Origin: Eledone cirrhosa
Lineage: Eukaryota
Assembly (NCBI GenBank): GCA_964016885.1
Contig: OZ024742.1
Span: 78,182,001-78,246,000, forward strand
Direction of reading: 5' to 3'
DNA length: 64,000 bases
Shown here: one piece after another, positions 53,323-64,000 of the stretch
How the letters are laid out: every line of letters begins with the position of its first letter
Position numbering within the stretch: position 1 is the first letter of the stretch
The notes under the pieces: generated by a model
What the model saw: only the letters and a program-made list of their open reading frames with translations
Told to the model about the DNA's origin: nothing
Database searches by the model: none
Program-made: the position numbers and the translations under genes

Positions 53323-55419
53323 ATGGCTACGAAAAAGAAATTTCATACGTCACTCCCACTCATTCCGTCTTCTTCTTCCTCAATCATCACTACAGCAGAG
53401 AGAAGATTGTCTCTCTCCCTCCCTTCTTTAAATGTGTCTCTCTCCCTCCCTTCTCTTTCGCAAGCGACGAAAGAAAAGAAAAGTCTCGTGCAAAGCGTGC
53501 AAGGTTTCTCCACGACGACGACGACAGCGACGAAACAGGTGTGCGGGAAATACGAAAACCCAGTTCATTCGTCTGACGTCAGGAATAATAGCAGTAGCAG
53601 CCGTAATAACAACAGCAACAGTGACAATGAAAACAACAGTAGCAGCCGCAACAGCATCACCAGCAACATAAACAACAACAGCATTAGCAGCAGCAACACC
53701 AACAACAACCACAGCAACAGCGGCGGAGGCAGTAGTCGTAGTACCTGCAGCAACAACAAAAGTACCAGCAGCTCTGACGACAACAACAACAGCAGAGAAA
53801 AACCAATCTCATTTGCAGGTATTGCGAAAAACTTGGAAACAATCCTCATAACAAATGAGGAATTAGAGGAAGCGAAGAAGATGGTGACAAAGAACGGACA
53901 CCGAGCAATCTGCAAGGCAGCGGAAAAGTTTTTCGAGACCCAAGAGCACTGTACGGTCACGTACCGTACAGTAAGTACAAAATCCCGTAGGGTGGAAAGA
54001 GCCACAGAGGCCCAAATACAAAAAGCCTTGGGGTCTGTGTGGCAGCGGAAAACGCACATCACCCGAGGCAAAAAATATGCCACCGTAGACGTACTTTTTG
54101 CCACACCCCAGGAGGCAAAGGCCCAATCAGTAGTGACCCTAAGGAGCGAGGAAATGGTGTTGGTGCCCTCCTACTGCGGGCAAAAAATTGTGAGGGTCAA
54201 ACTGACCCACGTCCCCCCCGGAATGACCCCTTCTTGGCTGGCCGCGTCTGTCCTCGTCGGAATCGAGGACAAAACAACTGTACTGCAAGTACAGAAAAAA
54301 GTAAGAGAAGATTGGGTCGGCTCCTCCATTGAGATGCTAATCCAAACCAACCAGGAGTGCATCGAAGCTATCCCGGATGTGATAGACTTCGATAACGGCA
54401 CTCAACTGCCCATAAGTGTTGAGGGCAAACGCCCGAAATGCTTTCGCTGTGGATCGAAGACTCACCTCAGGGCCTTCTGCAACGAGAAGAGCCTGAGAAA
54501 GGAGAAAACCCCCCTCCTTCCGAATCCGGCTCCACGGCTACCAGCAACAGGACAAGCGGCAACCAGGAACGATAGGTCCGTGGCACCCATACCCACGCCA
54601 CGGAAATCAAAAACAGCAGCAGCAGTGGAAATATTAACAACAACAACAGCAATACCAAATGCAGCTGCAACAGAGACTCCAGTGCAAACATCACCAACAA
54701 CAACAAGTGAAAGAGTGGAGCTGGTACCCCTCCCCGACCTCACAGAATCAGACATGGAGTGTGAGGTGGGAGAGGGATGGCAAAAGGTCGCAAGAAGGCA
54801 CAAACGCAGAAGCAGCGCATCGTCGCCTTTGAAAAGGGAGGAAAGAAATGAGAAAAAGGTAAAGTCTACTGCAAAGAGACCCACAGCAGCAACAACACCA
54901 ACACCATCACCACCCACACTAGCACCACCATCACCACCGGCGACAACCCCACCGCCAACAACACCTTCAACACCACCACCACAAGCACCAACGTCGCAAA
55001 CACAACAACAAAACACACACACCCAGCAACAACGACAAGAAAATAGCAGAACCACACCCCACCCCCAGAAAAACAAATGCACGGCAATAAATACACACAA
55101 CAAGAAACTAATGACTTACATAATTGAACACACAGACATTTCACAACAGGACTACATAATACCAGCACCAATCAAAACGCCAACTAACATAAGACTGCTA
55201 AAAATAGCACAGAAACAATACACAAACATTAAAACGAAATTCCCCAACGCAGTTGGTGATTTCAGGGACCTAGGAGGAACCATCAATCGAAGAGTATACT
55301 CAGACATTCTCTTAGAAGAGCCGACGACCAGCCGAAGGGACGATTCAACGGTCCCTTCACCAGACGATCAAGTGAAAAGGGATGTAAAAACCATCCCTCC
55401 TCTACCAAAAGTACGGTAA
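53323..55419 (+). CDS. ORF1 nucleic-acid-binding protein with CCHC zinc knuckle (698 aa from the ATG at 53323)
   Basis: CFRCGSKTHLRAFC knuckle, probable RRM-like region before it, N/S-rich and P/T-rich low-complexity segments, basic patch RRHKRR. Confidence 0.88.
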   Translation: MATKKKFHTSLPLIPSSSSSIITTAERRLSLSLPSLNVSLSLPSLSQATKEKKSLVQSVQGFSTTTTTATKQVCGKYENPVHSSDVRNNSSSSRNNNSNSDNENNSSSRNSITSNINNNSISSSNTNNNHSNSGGGSSRSTCSNNKSTSSSDDNNNSREKPISFAGIAKNLETILITNEELEEAKKMVTKNGHRAICKAAEKFFETQEHCTVTYRTVSTKSRRVERATEAQIQKALGSVWQRKTHITRGKKYATVDVLFATPQEAKAQSVVTLRSEEMVLVPSYCGQKIVRVKLTHVPPGMTPSWLAASVLVGIEDKTTVLQVQKKVREDWVGSSIEMLIQTNQECIEAIPDVIDFDNGTQLPISVEGKRPKCFRCGSKTHLRAFCNEKSLRKEKTPLLPNPAPRLPATGQAATRNDRSVAPIPTPRKSKTAAAVEILTTTTAIPNAAATETPVQTSPTTTSERVELVPLPDLTESDMECEVGEGWQKVARRHKRRSSASSPLKREERNEKKVKSTAKRPTAATTPTPSPPTLAPPSPPATTPPPTTPSTPPPQAPTSQTQQQNTHTQQQRQENSRTTPHPQKNKCTAINTHNKKLMTYIIEHTDISQQDYIIPAPIKTPTNIRLLKIAQKQYTNIKTKFPNAVGDFRDLGGTINRRVYSDILLEEPTTSRRDDSTVPSPDDQVKRDVKTIPPLPKVR

Positions 55420-55454
55420 GTGGTCTTTCCCATCTTTTCCACTCTATTTTAAAC

Positions 55455-58400
55455 ATGACCTCACTCAGAATAGGCAGCATAAATGCGCGTGGCTTGGGGT
55501 CGTCATGGAAGCAGGGTCACCTGCTCAACGACCTCAGGTCACTAAACATAGATGTAGTGGCCATCAGCGAGACCAGAATCTCCGAAGCACGGGCCTTCGC
55601 ACCGATCTTCGGCGGCTACGATGTGTACGCATCTCCCAGCCGTCCTGGATCCGGTGGAGGAGTTGCTGTACTTTTTCGGAGAGGTTTGGATCTCGCCATA
55701 CGGGCCATCTTCCTGGACCCAGAGGGTAAGCTGGTGGTGCTGGACGTGACCAGCGGAGACGGGCAAGCTTTCAGGCTAGTGGCCGTCTATGCCCCGACAG
55801 GAGCAGGGCGGCCTGATTTCTTCCGGCGTCTGGAGACCTTTCTTGGAACGTCGCGCTCTTTAGTGTTAGTGGGCGACTGGAACGGAATCTTAGATGCACG
55901 CTGGGACTGTGTGGGATTAGCGGATAGGGGTGGAGGGTGCAAGAGCCTCACCAACCTGCTCAGGCGTTTTGAACTGTCTGACAGGTACCGATTGGATTTC
56001 CCGAATGTGCCAATGTGGACTTGGACAAACCGCATAGGGTCATCCAGATCATATCTAGATAGAGTATTTTGTAGGGAAATAGATAGGTCTAGCATAGGCT
56101 GTCCACAATTCAAGATAGTCAGCTACACGGACCACAAATTCGTGATCTGTGTGCTTGACTTAGATAGGCTTCATAGACGAGGACCCGGCTACTGGAAGCT
56201 AAACGCGTCCTTACCAGCGCGCAAGGCCTACAGAGACCGGATTAGCGAACTAGTTAAGCGGGCGTTGACGGGGGCCATCGTCAACAACAAGTGGTGGTTT
56301 GCTCTGAAAAGAGCGATTAGAATAGAATCGATTAGATTTAGTAAGGCTTTAGCAATAGAGAAAAATAGAGCAGAGGGAGAACTAGTTAGAAAATTAGACG
56401 AGGCGCTTAGCAAAGGCATTGCGACCGACGTGCTTGCGGCGAAATTGGCCCTTGACCAATTCTTCAATGCAAAGCACGAAGGCTGCGTTGTCAGAGCAAG
56501 GGTGCGTGCTCTCAGACACGAGGGGACGAAAGCCGTTCAATGGGCCCGAGTGGCGGAGGCGCGTCGTGGCAACAAAGCCACGATCCGGTCTTTGGTGGAC
56601 CACGACGGGCGCATGCTACTCGATCCCGGGCAAATGTGTGAAGCTTTTCAGCGACACTTCGCTCAGCTGTTCGGGGGCAGCGGTGGGCCGGGTAGAGGGA
56701 TGGACTTTAGTGTCTACCTCGACGGACTGCCGCGGCTCTCGGCCACTGAGGCGAAGTGTTGCGAAAAGCCGATAACAGCCGCTGAAGTAAGGGAGGCAAT
56801 GACTGGCTGCACAAGGGGTAAATCGCCTGGTTTGGATGGTCTGCCCTATGAACTTTACGTACAGATGCCAGACTTGTTCGGAGGCCTCTTGGCGGACGTC
56901 TACTGCAACTGGCAACAGAACGGGAGAATTCCCAGTTCTGTGAGCCGAGGAGCGGTGGCACTGCTGAGAAAGGATCCGAACAAGGGGGATAACATAGAAA
57001 ATTTCCGGCCCATAACTCTGCTAAACACAGAGTTTAAGATTTTGGCCAAGGTGCTAGCAAAGAGGTTGGCGCTTGTCGCTGGTGGTCTGGTGGGAGAGGC
57101 GCAGACATGCGCCATTCCCGACAGATCCATCCACGACAACCTCCACCTCAAGCGATACATCGTAGAGAGGGTAGCTAGGGAACCTGGCACGGGTGGGTCC
57201 TTGATCAATTTAGATCAGTCGAAAGCTTTCGATAGGGTCGACCATCGTTACCTAGCGGCAGTCCTGAGGGCGGCTGGCTTTGGGCCCGTCTTCAGAGACT
57301 GGATCGCTGCCATGCACAGCGACATCTGCTCTGTGGTGAGAGTGAACGGTCACCTGTCGGAACCGTTCAACATCATGCGCTCGGTCCGCCAAGGATGTCC
57401 CCTCTCGTCCCTCTTGTACGTATTGACTCTCGAGCCATTACTGCACAAACTGGAGACGTTGAGGGGGGTCCCGCGCGAACTAGGATGCGGAAGATCCGTG
57501 TCAGCATATGCGGACGATGTCACCGTAGTGGTGTCGAACGCCAAACACATCGAGGCGATCGGCACTACACTAAGAGAATACGAAGCGGTGACAGGAGCAA
57601 TGATCAACCAGGAAAAGTCAGTGGGCCTGCAGCTCGGCACCTGGAGAGGCAGGTCCATGCCGTCCAACAGCGTCGTCGGGCGCTGGACGGACGGACCGGT
57701 TAAATTGCTAGGGGTCTGGTTCGGTCCGGACCTCCAGACGGACAAAAACTGGGACGAGGTGACGAGCAGGGTGGCTTCTCTCACCCAGAAATGGGCGGAG
57801 AGGAAGCTATCCTTGAAAGGTCGAGCGGAGGTGGCTAACGCGTACATCGCGTCTGTCATCTGCTACCGCCTAACCGTCGTACCTTGTCCTAAGCCTCGCC
57901 TGACTGCGCTGGAGCGTTTGCTCTTTCGCTTTTTGTGGAAGGGACGTGCTCCGATGGTCAGGCGGTCCATCTGTTGTCAACACCCGCTACGTGGAGGGCT
58001 GGGCATGCCGTGGCTGATGATGCGCAGGCACGCGCTCAGGCTACGACATCTCCACCTCTTCCTCGACGGTGATCAGGTGTGGTCGCCGTTTGCTAGACGC
58101 GTTTTTCCCCAGCTCGTTTCCTTGACGGAGCTGCAGTCCTGGGTCAAGCGAAGACCGAGAGGGAGCGCCTGGAGACTGGAATGTCTTCAGGCGCTCACAG
58201 CCCTCGACCAATCGGGCAATGTGATCGGTGGAAACTCCACCTCGGCGTTCTATAGAGGATTAGTGGAGGGGAAGAGCGACGACGTACTTGGGGAAACTCT
58301 AGGCGTCGACGAAAATCAACTAGCCAATCTCTTCGGAAGAACTTTCGGGCCAGGGCCTATGGACAACTTCCAGAAATCTCTGGCCTGGCAGTGCTACCGA

Positions 58401-58874
58401 GGAGCCTTGCCAGTTCGGGATAAACTCTACAGGCATGGAGGTGCCGTCAGCCGGGCATGTCCGAGATGCGCGCAGGGCGACGAAACCGTCCTGCACGCAC
58501 TCGTCCAGTGTCCGAAAATTGCTGACTTGTGGGTTTATGTCGAACACCTGCTGTCGCGTTTAGGACGGATCCAGCTATCATCTGAGTCTATCGTGAGGAT
58601 TGCCCCGCCCTCCTCCTTTAGCCGGGAAGGGCAGGCAGTTTTTATCTGCCTGGTGGCCATGGTGAAAGAGATAGTATGGTGGACACGTTTGAAAGGGCTG
58701 AAGACGAGCACTTACCTCTTCGGTGATGCTCTGATTGACTTTTTCAAATTTCATTTGAAAAGGAAAATCAGAGTAGAGAGGGAAGTGCTCTCTTCCCAGC
58801 ATTTTGTTGAAAGATGGGTGAGAGAAGCAAGAATGGCCCGAGTGAATGGGCCTACTCTGAGTATATATCTGTAA
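55455..58874 (+). CDS. ORF2: AP-endonuclease + reverse transcriptase + C-terminal Cys/His finger (1139 aa)
   Basis: SINARG..SETR, VYAP, GDWN, SYLDR, TDH (APE); KSPGLDG, NFRPITLLN, DQSKAFD, RQGCPLS, YADD (RT); CPRC..ETVLHALVQC. Confidence 0.96.
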   Translation: MTSLRIGSINARGLGSSWKQGHLLNDLRSLNIDVVAISETRISEARAFAPIFGGYDVYASPSRPGSGGGVAVLFRRGLDLAIRAIFLDPEGKLVVLDVTSGDGQAFRLVAVYAPTGAGRPDFFRRLETFLGTSRSLVLVGDWNGILDARWDCVGLADRGGGCKSLTNLLRRFELSDRYRLDFPNVPMWTWTNRIGSSRSYLDRVFCREIDRSSIGCPQFKIVSYTDHKFVICVLDLDRLHRRGPGYWKLNASLPARKAYRDRISELVKRALTGAIVNNKWWFALKRAIRIESIRFSKALAIEKNRAEGELVRKLDEALSKGIATDVLAAKLALDQFFNAKHEGCVVRARVRALRHEGTKAVQWARVAEARRGNKATIRSLVDHDGRMLLDPGQMCEAFQRHFAQLFGGSGGPGRGMDFSVYLDGLPRLSATEAKCCEKPITAAEVREAMTGCTRGKSPGLDGLPYELYVQMPDLFGGLLADVYCNWQQNGRIPSSVSRGAVALLRKDPNKGDNIENFRPITLLNTEFKILAKVLAKRLALVAGGLVGEAQTCAIPDRSIHDNLHLKRYIVERVAREPGTGGSLINLDQSKAFDRVDHRYLAAVLRAAGFGPVFRDWIAAMHSDICSVVRVNGHLSEPFNIMRSVRQGCPLSSLLYVLTLEPLLHKLETLRGVPRELGCGRSVSAYADDVTVVVSNAKHIEAIGTTLREYEAVTGAMINQEKSVGLQLGTWRGRSMPSNSVVGRWTDGPVKLLGVWFGPDLQTDKNWDEVTSRVASLTQKWAERKLSLKGRAEVANAYIASVICYRLTVVPCPKPRLTALERLLFRFLWKGRAPMVRRSICCQHPLRGGLGMPWLMMRRHALRLRHLHLFLDGDQVWSPFARRVFPQLVSLTELQSWVKRRPRGSAWRLECLQALTALDQSGNVIGGNSTSAFYRGLVEGKSDDVLGETLGVDENQLANLFGRTFGPGPMDNFQKSLAWQCYRGALPVRDKLYRHGGAVSRACPRCAQGDETVLHALVQCPKIADLWVYVEHLLSRLGRIQLSSESIVRIAPPSSFSREGQAVFICLVAMVKEIVWWTRLKGLKTSTYLFGDALIDFFKFHLKRKIRVEREVLSSQHFVERWVREARMARVNGPTLSIYL

Positions 58875-59133
58875 ATTAAAGGTGGAAAACTGGGAGAGGG
58901 CACTTGCCTTGGTGGTCAGGGTCATTGTGGCTTTTTACTGGGCTTTCACCACAAATGTCCCTCCGAAGTCTCCCCCCTATTGGGGAATTTTTCATTGTTA
59001 TTTTCATTGTTATTTTTGTTACATCCTCTGTTTTTGTTTTTTACACGCAGAAATGCCCATTTGTACCGTCCTGCATTGTCCTGCACTGTCCTTAATGTCT
59101 ACTTTATGTAAACCCTTGTGGTTAATAAAGAAA

Positions 59134-59179
<46 letters not shown>

Positions 59180-59724
59180 CGTTATGAAACCTATTGCTTT
59201 CCTGTAAGTTGTTCCAATTCTACCTTACATAAGATGTACGAATTATATCACGCTCGCAATTAATGTGTTCGGGTTTCATTATAATTATTTGTTTATGGAA
59301 ATCGCATAACAAAATAATACACACCAAGATCTATACGCCAAGGTGCTAAATATGATTACAATTACTTTGTCCTAATTAAACCTATGCCAAGCAGTGCAAG
59401 TGGACGTTTAGTCTTTACGAATGAGATGAACTGAAGATTTCTTCTTAAAACACAGTACAAGATAAAAGATATGCTTGATGAAAGAGAAATGAATTTTATG
59501 GCTATAGATATGTTACAATATAGATATCTACATCTATAAAGAGCTCTCTCCCTGTCACGCACCCCCTCTCACTATCTCTCTCTATACAAATGTATATATA
59601 TATGTGTGTGTGTGCATCTGTATGTGCAGGTGCGTGTGTATTCGTGTCCATGTGTGTATTTGTGTATAAATACGTATATATGTATGTATATGTAAATATA
59701 TATATATATATATATTGTAGGAGG

Positions 59725-59995
59725 AGCGCTAGCAGCCGCAATGTATCATAAAGTTAACCTGCATAAATACTGTGTACCGAGACTACAAAAACGTGTACAG
59801 ATATATATACACATCTAATATGTAGGTATGTGAACATGCCATAAAATCTGAATTTCCCTGTAAATTGAAAAAAATGATAAGATTTTTTTAATCGATTTTC
59901 AGATTTTATAGGATACTCATCAGATGTGTATATCATCCAATCAACCACAAGAAAACATATATCTGATGGGTATATAGTGTATATATACACATTCG
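59725..59995 (-). mobile_element. Non-coding PLE-like element with hammerhead core at about 59884-59928
   Basis: Minus strand: CUGAUGA-guauccuauaaaaucu-GAAA-A-UCGA-UUA; colinear with 30465-30720; stems I and II eroded. Confidence 0.6.
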
Positions 59996-60029
59996 CTCTT
60001 AGTATAATTCTGGAATCGACGTGCTAATA

Positions 60030-60243
60030 ATGATTTCTACTATGGGCACAAGGCCAGCAATTTGGAGGGAGAGGAAAGTCGATTAAATCGACCCCAGTGC
60101 ATTACTGGTGCTTTATTTTATCGACCCCGTAATGAGGAAAAGCAAAGCTAACTCCGGCGGGATTTGAACTCAAAACGTAAAGAGTTGTAACTCTATGCTG
60201 CAAAGCATGTTGTCCGATGCTCTACCGATACTGCCAATCCACC
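60030..60243 (-). mobile_element. tRNA-derived SINE, longer subfamily
   Basis: Same head and tail as 13445-13631 with an extra ~30-nt block 'ggagggagaggaaagtcgattaaatcgacc'. Confidence 0.85.
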
Positions 60244-61068
60244 TCATGCTAATAATTGTAACAATATCCCGCGCGGCAAGTGTCCCATTGAGCAGCAGGG
60301 ACAGCCCGGTTTTAGGTTGACTAATGCTAAACGACGTAAATAGAGGCAAAGAGGAATAAACAGGTTAATAATCCAATATAGAGTGCCATTACCAAAGAAA
60401 CGCAGTCGACGAAAATGGGGTACCAGCGGGAAGTTACCGACTGTGCATGATCAATGAATTGAATGCGTATGACATGCTTGAAACTACGGAACAGAGATTA
60501 TGTGACAAGGCAGGAGCGATAAGAATAAACGAATGATTGTCAGCGATAGAACTTACAACAATCAAACGAATTAAATCTGTTAAAAATGTACAAGATGATG
60601 CTAAAGAGGTTGAGGTGTAAGCAGTTTAGCAATGTTGATGAAGTAGATATAATAGAGCCTGATATAGGTGAAGAAGAAAGGATTGTAAAGGTGAATACGA
60701 GTGGAGTCTTTTTGATCGTTAGAATGCTGGCATAAATTATGTGATAACTGTGGATTATCAAAATATCTTAGATGGATTAATGGAATTGGTAAATACCAAG
60801 TAGGGAGATTTTATGAGTGATTTTAAGAAAGCTGACAAGTAGAAGTTGAACCAAGAAACAAAGAAGGTAAATAAGTCGATGAAAATATGTGAGAACAAAC
60901 AACATAACAGAAACCAACCGGCTTATGATGGGGGCAAGTAGAAATGTTACAGAAAATATGAAACTGAAGGTCTAAAGAAAAGCAAGACCTTAACAATTTA
61001 AAATAACCAAATATCCATGGTAGAAACAATTGTTTTGTTAAGGAATATGTTTAGGGTATGTAGGTATA

Positions 61069-61682
<614 letters not shown>

Positions 61683-64000
61683 ATATGCATAACCATATGT
61701 ATATAATATGTGTGTGTACGCGCGAGTGTGCGTGTTTGTGTATGTGTGTGCGTTCGTGCATGTGTGCGTGCGTGCATGTGTGTGTGCGTGTGCCTGTTGT
61801 GTGTGTGCCTTCTATATATAACATGTTCTAGGAAATATTCTCTCAATCAATTTTAGATTACATATAACAATCCTTTCGGCACATGCCAGCTCTATCACTT
61901 TCTCTAAACATTACATTTTATGGACGTTATCGGTTAACAATTTGTTTCATATCAAACCAATCTGAAACCTTTGTATTTATTTATTTCTCTCTCCCTCCAT
62001 CTCATATACACACTCATTATTTCTCTCATTTCTCTCTTTATCTACCACTCTCTTTTCTTTTCAATTGTTCATGAAATAAAAACCAGTGCAATAACAACGT
62101 TGTTAGCACCTACAATTTCCCAGCAATACATCGGTTTAAGAAAAGACCAATTCTGATTCAATATTCCCGTCTAAGTTATGACATTATTTCACATACCCAT
62201 GTAATATGTTTCACGAAATAATCTTCCTGCATTCATCTCCAGTTTATCATTAAGAATTTTGACCAGCAAACCCAGCAAGCTTGCATGGCGAGGATGATGA
62301 TATTGGACACCCTGCGGGATGAAAAACAAGTCTTGTCAAAGCGAGGAAGAACTCAGCAGAGTCAACGTCCATCCAAATAGTGTGCACACATCTATGTAGT
62401 CTTGTGTGGATGTGTATAAACTTTATGTGTATAATGTTATATATACATTCTATCTTTTCCATCTTTTATCGTTTATCATTTTCATCTTCTATGTATATGT
62501 CTTGGGTGTCTGTCTGTGTGTGATGTGTGGGGATATCGTGCTGTTTTGAAGCTTCATGTATGAGCAACGACCACCACAGGAGCTAGCGATCTACCAGCTT
62601 TCATGAATAAGATGGACAACTTAAGTCACCAAAACCTCAAAAGTCATCAATATCTTCAAAAGTCCAGCGATAATGGAAGATTGCTGTCGTGTGCAGACTT
62701 AATAGGCCGAAAGCACATAGGCATGGACCTGCACGTGAGGCGGCACTTTGCATATCTTAACATCGCTGTATAGTCTTGATCAGAAATAAACTTCAGTGGA
62801 ACGTTTTGTGTCTGTACTGTCTTATTTAAGAGAGTGCTACTCAACCCAGCTTCTGGGAAGGTTCTAGAAAAGGTGACCTAAATATCACTTGCTCAACTTT
62901 TGAACTGGTCGGTATATTGCGCCTGACAGCAGAGTTCCCAGCAGCTAAAGCCTCATTCAAACAATTAAAAGCAACACTTCACCAGGGACTGAGAACAATG
63001 AACAATAAGTGGCGGGCTAATGCTGCTTCAGAAACTCAAAATGCATATGATAGGAAATACTGAGGAACACTCTACAAGATCATTAAATAGGTCTTGGAGC
63101 CTAATAAATGAAGCATGTTGGCTGTATTATCCAGGAATGTTGGTATTTTGTGAAAGAATGCTGATGTTATTATGAAGCGATAGCAGGGACATTTGACTGT
63201 TTGGTTTCAAAACCCATCAGAAATTGATCTAGAGGTTATAGACAGACCTGTTGCTGAAGGATAAAGGCTGGGATTGTTTAGTAACAAGGGAGGAATATTT
63301 CAAGTAGGCAGTTTATCTCCCTTGTTGTTTATAGTGTGCATGATCCCTTTAACATTCTTACTTAAAGGAATAATATCTGGTTATGAATTTAAAGGAAAAT
63401 AGCAGATCAACTGTCTATTATCTCTGTATGATCTTAAAACATATGGTCAAGACGAGGCCCAAATCTGTTCATTAGTTATTGCAGTCCAATGCAGCGCTGA
63501 ATGAAATTTAAATTAAAAAAGTGTGGAATATTGATCTTGAAAATAGGAAACGTGCATAAGATAGATGTTATAGAATATACTTCTGGAGAAAGGATTAGAC
63601 ATAGATCAAATGGATACAAATACTTGGGGATATTTGAGATAGATGAGATTATGGGGGTAGGAATGAAAAATGTTTTCGCCCAAGAGTATGCTCGAAATTG
63701 AATGGGAGGTACAAGTTTCAAGCAATTAAAACTTGGGTAGTGCAATTATTTAGATGTGGAGCATTTCTCCCAAAATGCGATGTTGATAGGCTGTGAAGGT
63801 TGTGTGAGCTCCAAGGAAAACGGTATTGAATGGTACATAAAGAATGCAAACGTTGCTGCATATGTTTGTGTGGAAAACGAGGAATTCAAAGAAGAAGATT
63901 GAGAAACATGACAATAGATGGAAAGAAAAGAAGATGCACGATCTATTTACAAGAGATGTTAGCAGAAAAATTGTGAATGGGAAAAAGAAATGTCTGACAA

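Larger units (their letters stand above)
53110..59135 (+). mobile_element. Full-length Tx1/L1-clade LINE with two intact ORFs, flanked by (TTA)n
   Basis: ~210-bp 5' UTR, ORF1, 35-bp spacer, ORF2, ~260-bp 3' UTR with AATAAA at 59124-59129; (TTA)n at 53085-53109 and 59136-59179. Confidence 0.93.

Noticed and set aside
53428-58925. Antisense and alternative-frame ORFs inside the Tx1 element (and likewise inside elements A and B)
   Set aside because: Expected shadows of long GC-richer or low-complexity coding sequence; no independent motifs.

Overview
Repeat-dominated, AT-rich animal genomic DNA. The dense (TA)n/(CA)n/(GA)n/(CATA)n microsatellites and the tRNA-derived SINE family suggest a cephalopod/Octopus-like source (inference). 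No host protein-coding gene can be supported; most short ORFs in the track are translated microsatellites. Main content: (1) a ~13 kb array of three young non-LTR retrotransposons inside (TAA/TTA)n repeats, namely two R4/Dong-like RT+RLE elements on - and an apparently intact two-ORF Tx1/L1-clade element on +; (2) Penelope-like elements (PLEs) and small non-coding derivatives at (TA)n tracts, carrying about ten minimal type-I hammerhead ribozyme (HHR) motifs with intact cores plus several decayed ones; (3) SINEs, RTE relics, Tc1/mariner MITEs and several fold-back inversions, including a ~2.4 kb inverted duplication bracketing the LINE array. Most striking: the HHR system (different palindromic loop-3 sequences per family, a small element with hammerheads on both strands, palindromes folded back exactly at hammerhead stem II, independent HHR-element insertions at the same duplicated (TA)n site) and a Tx1 element apparently targeting (TTA)n. 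All structures and alignments were made by eye; boundaries of decayed elements are approximate.
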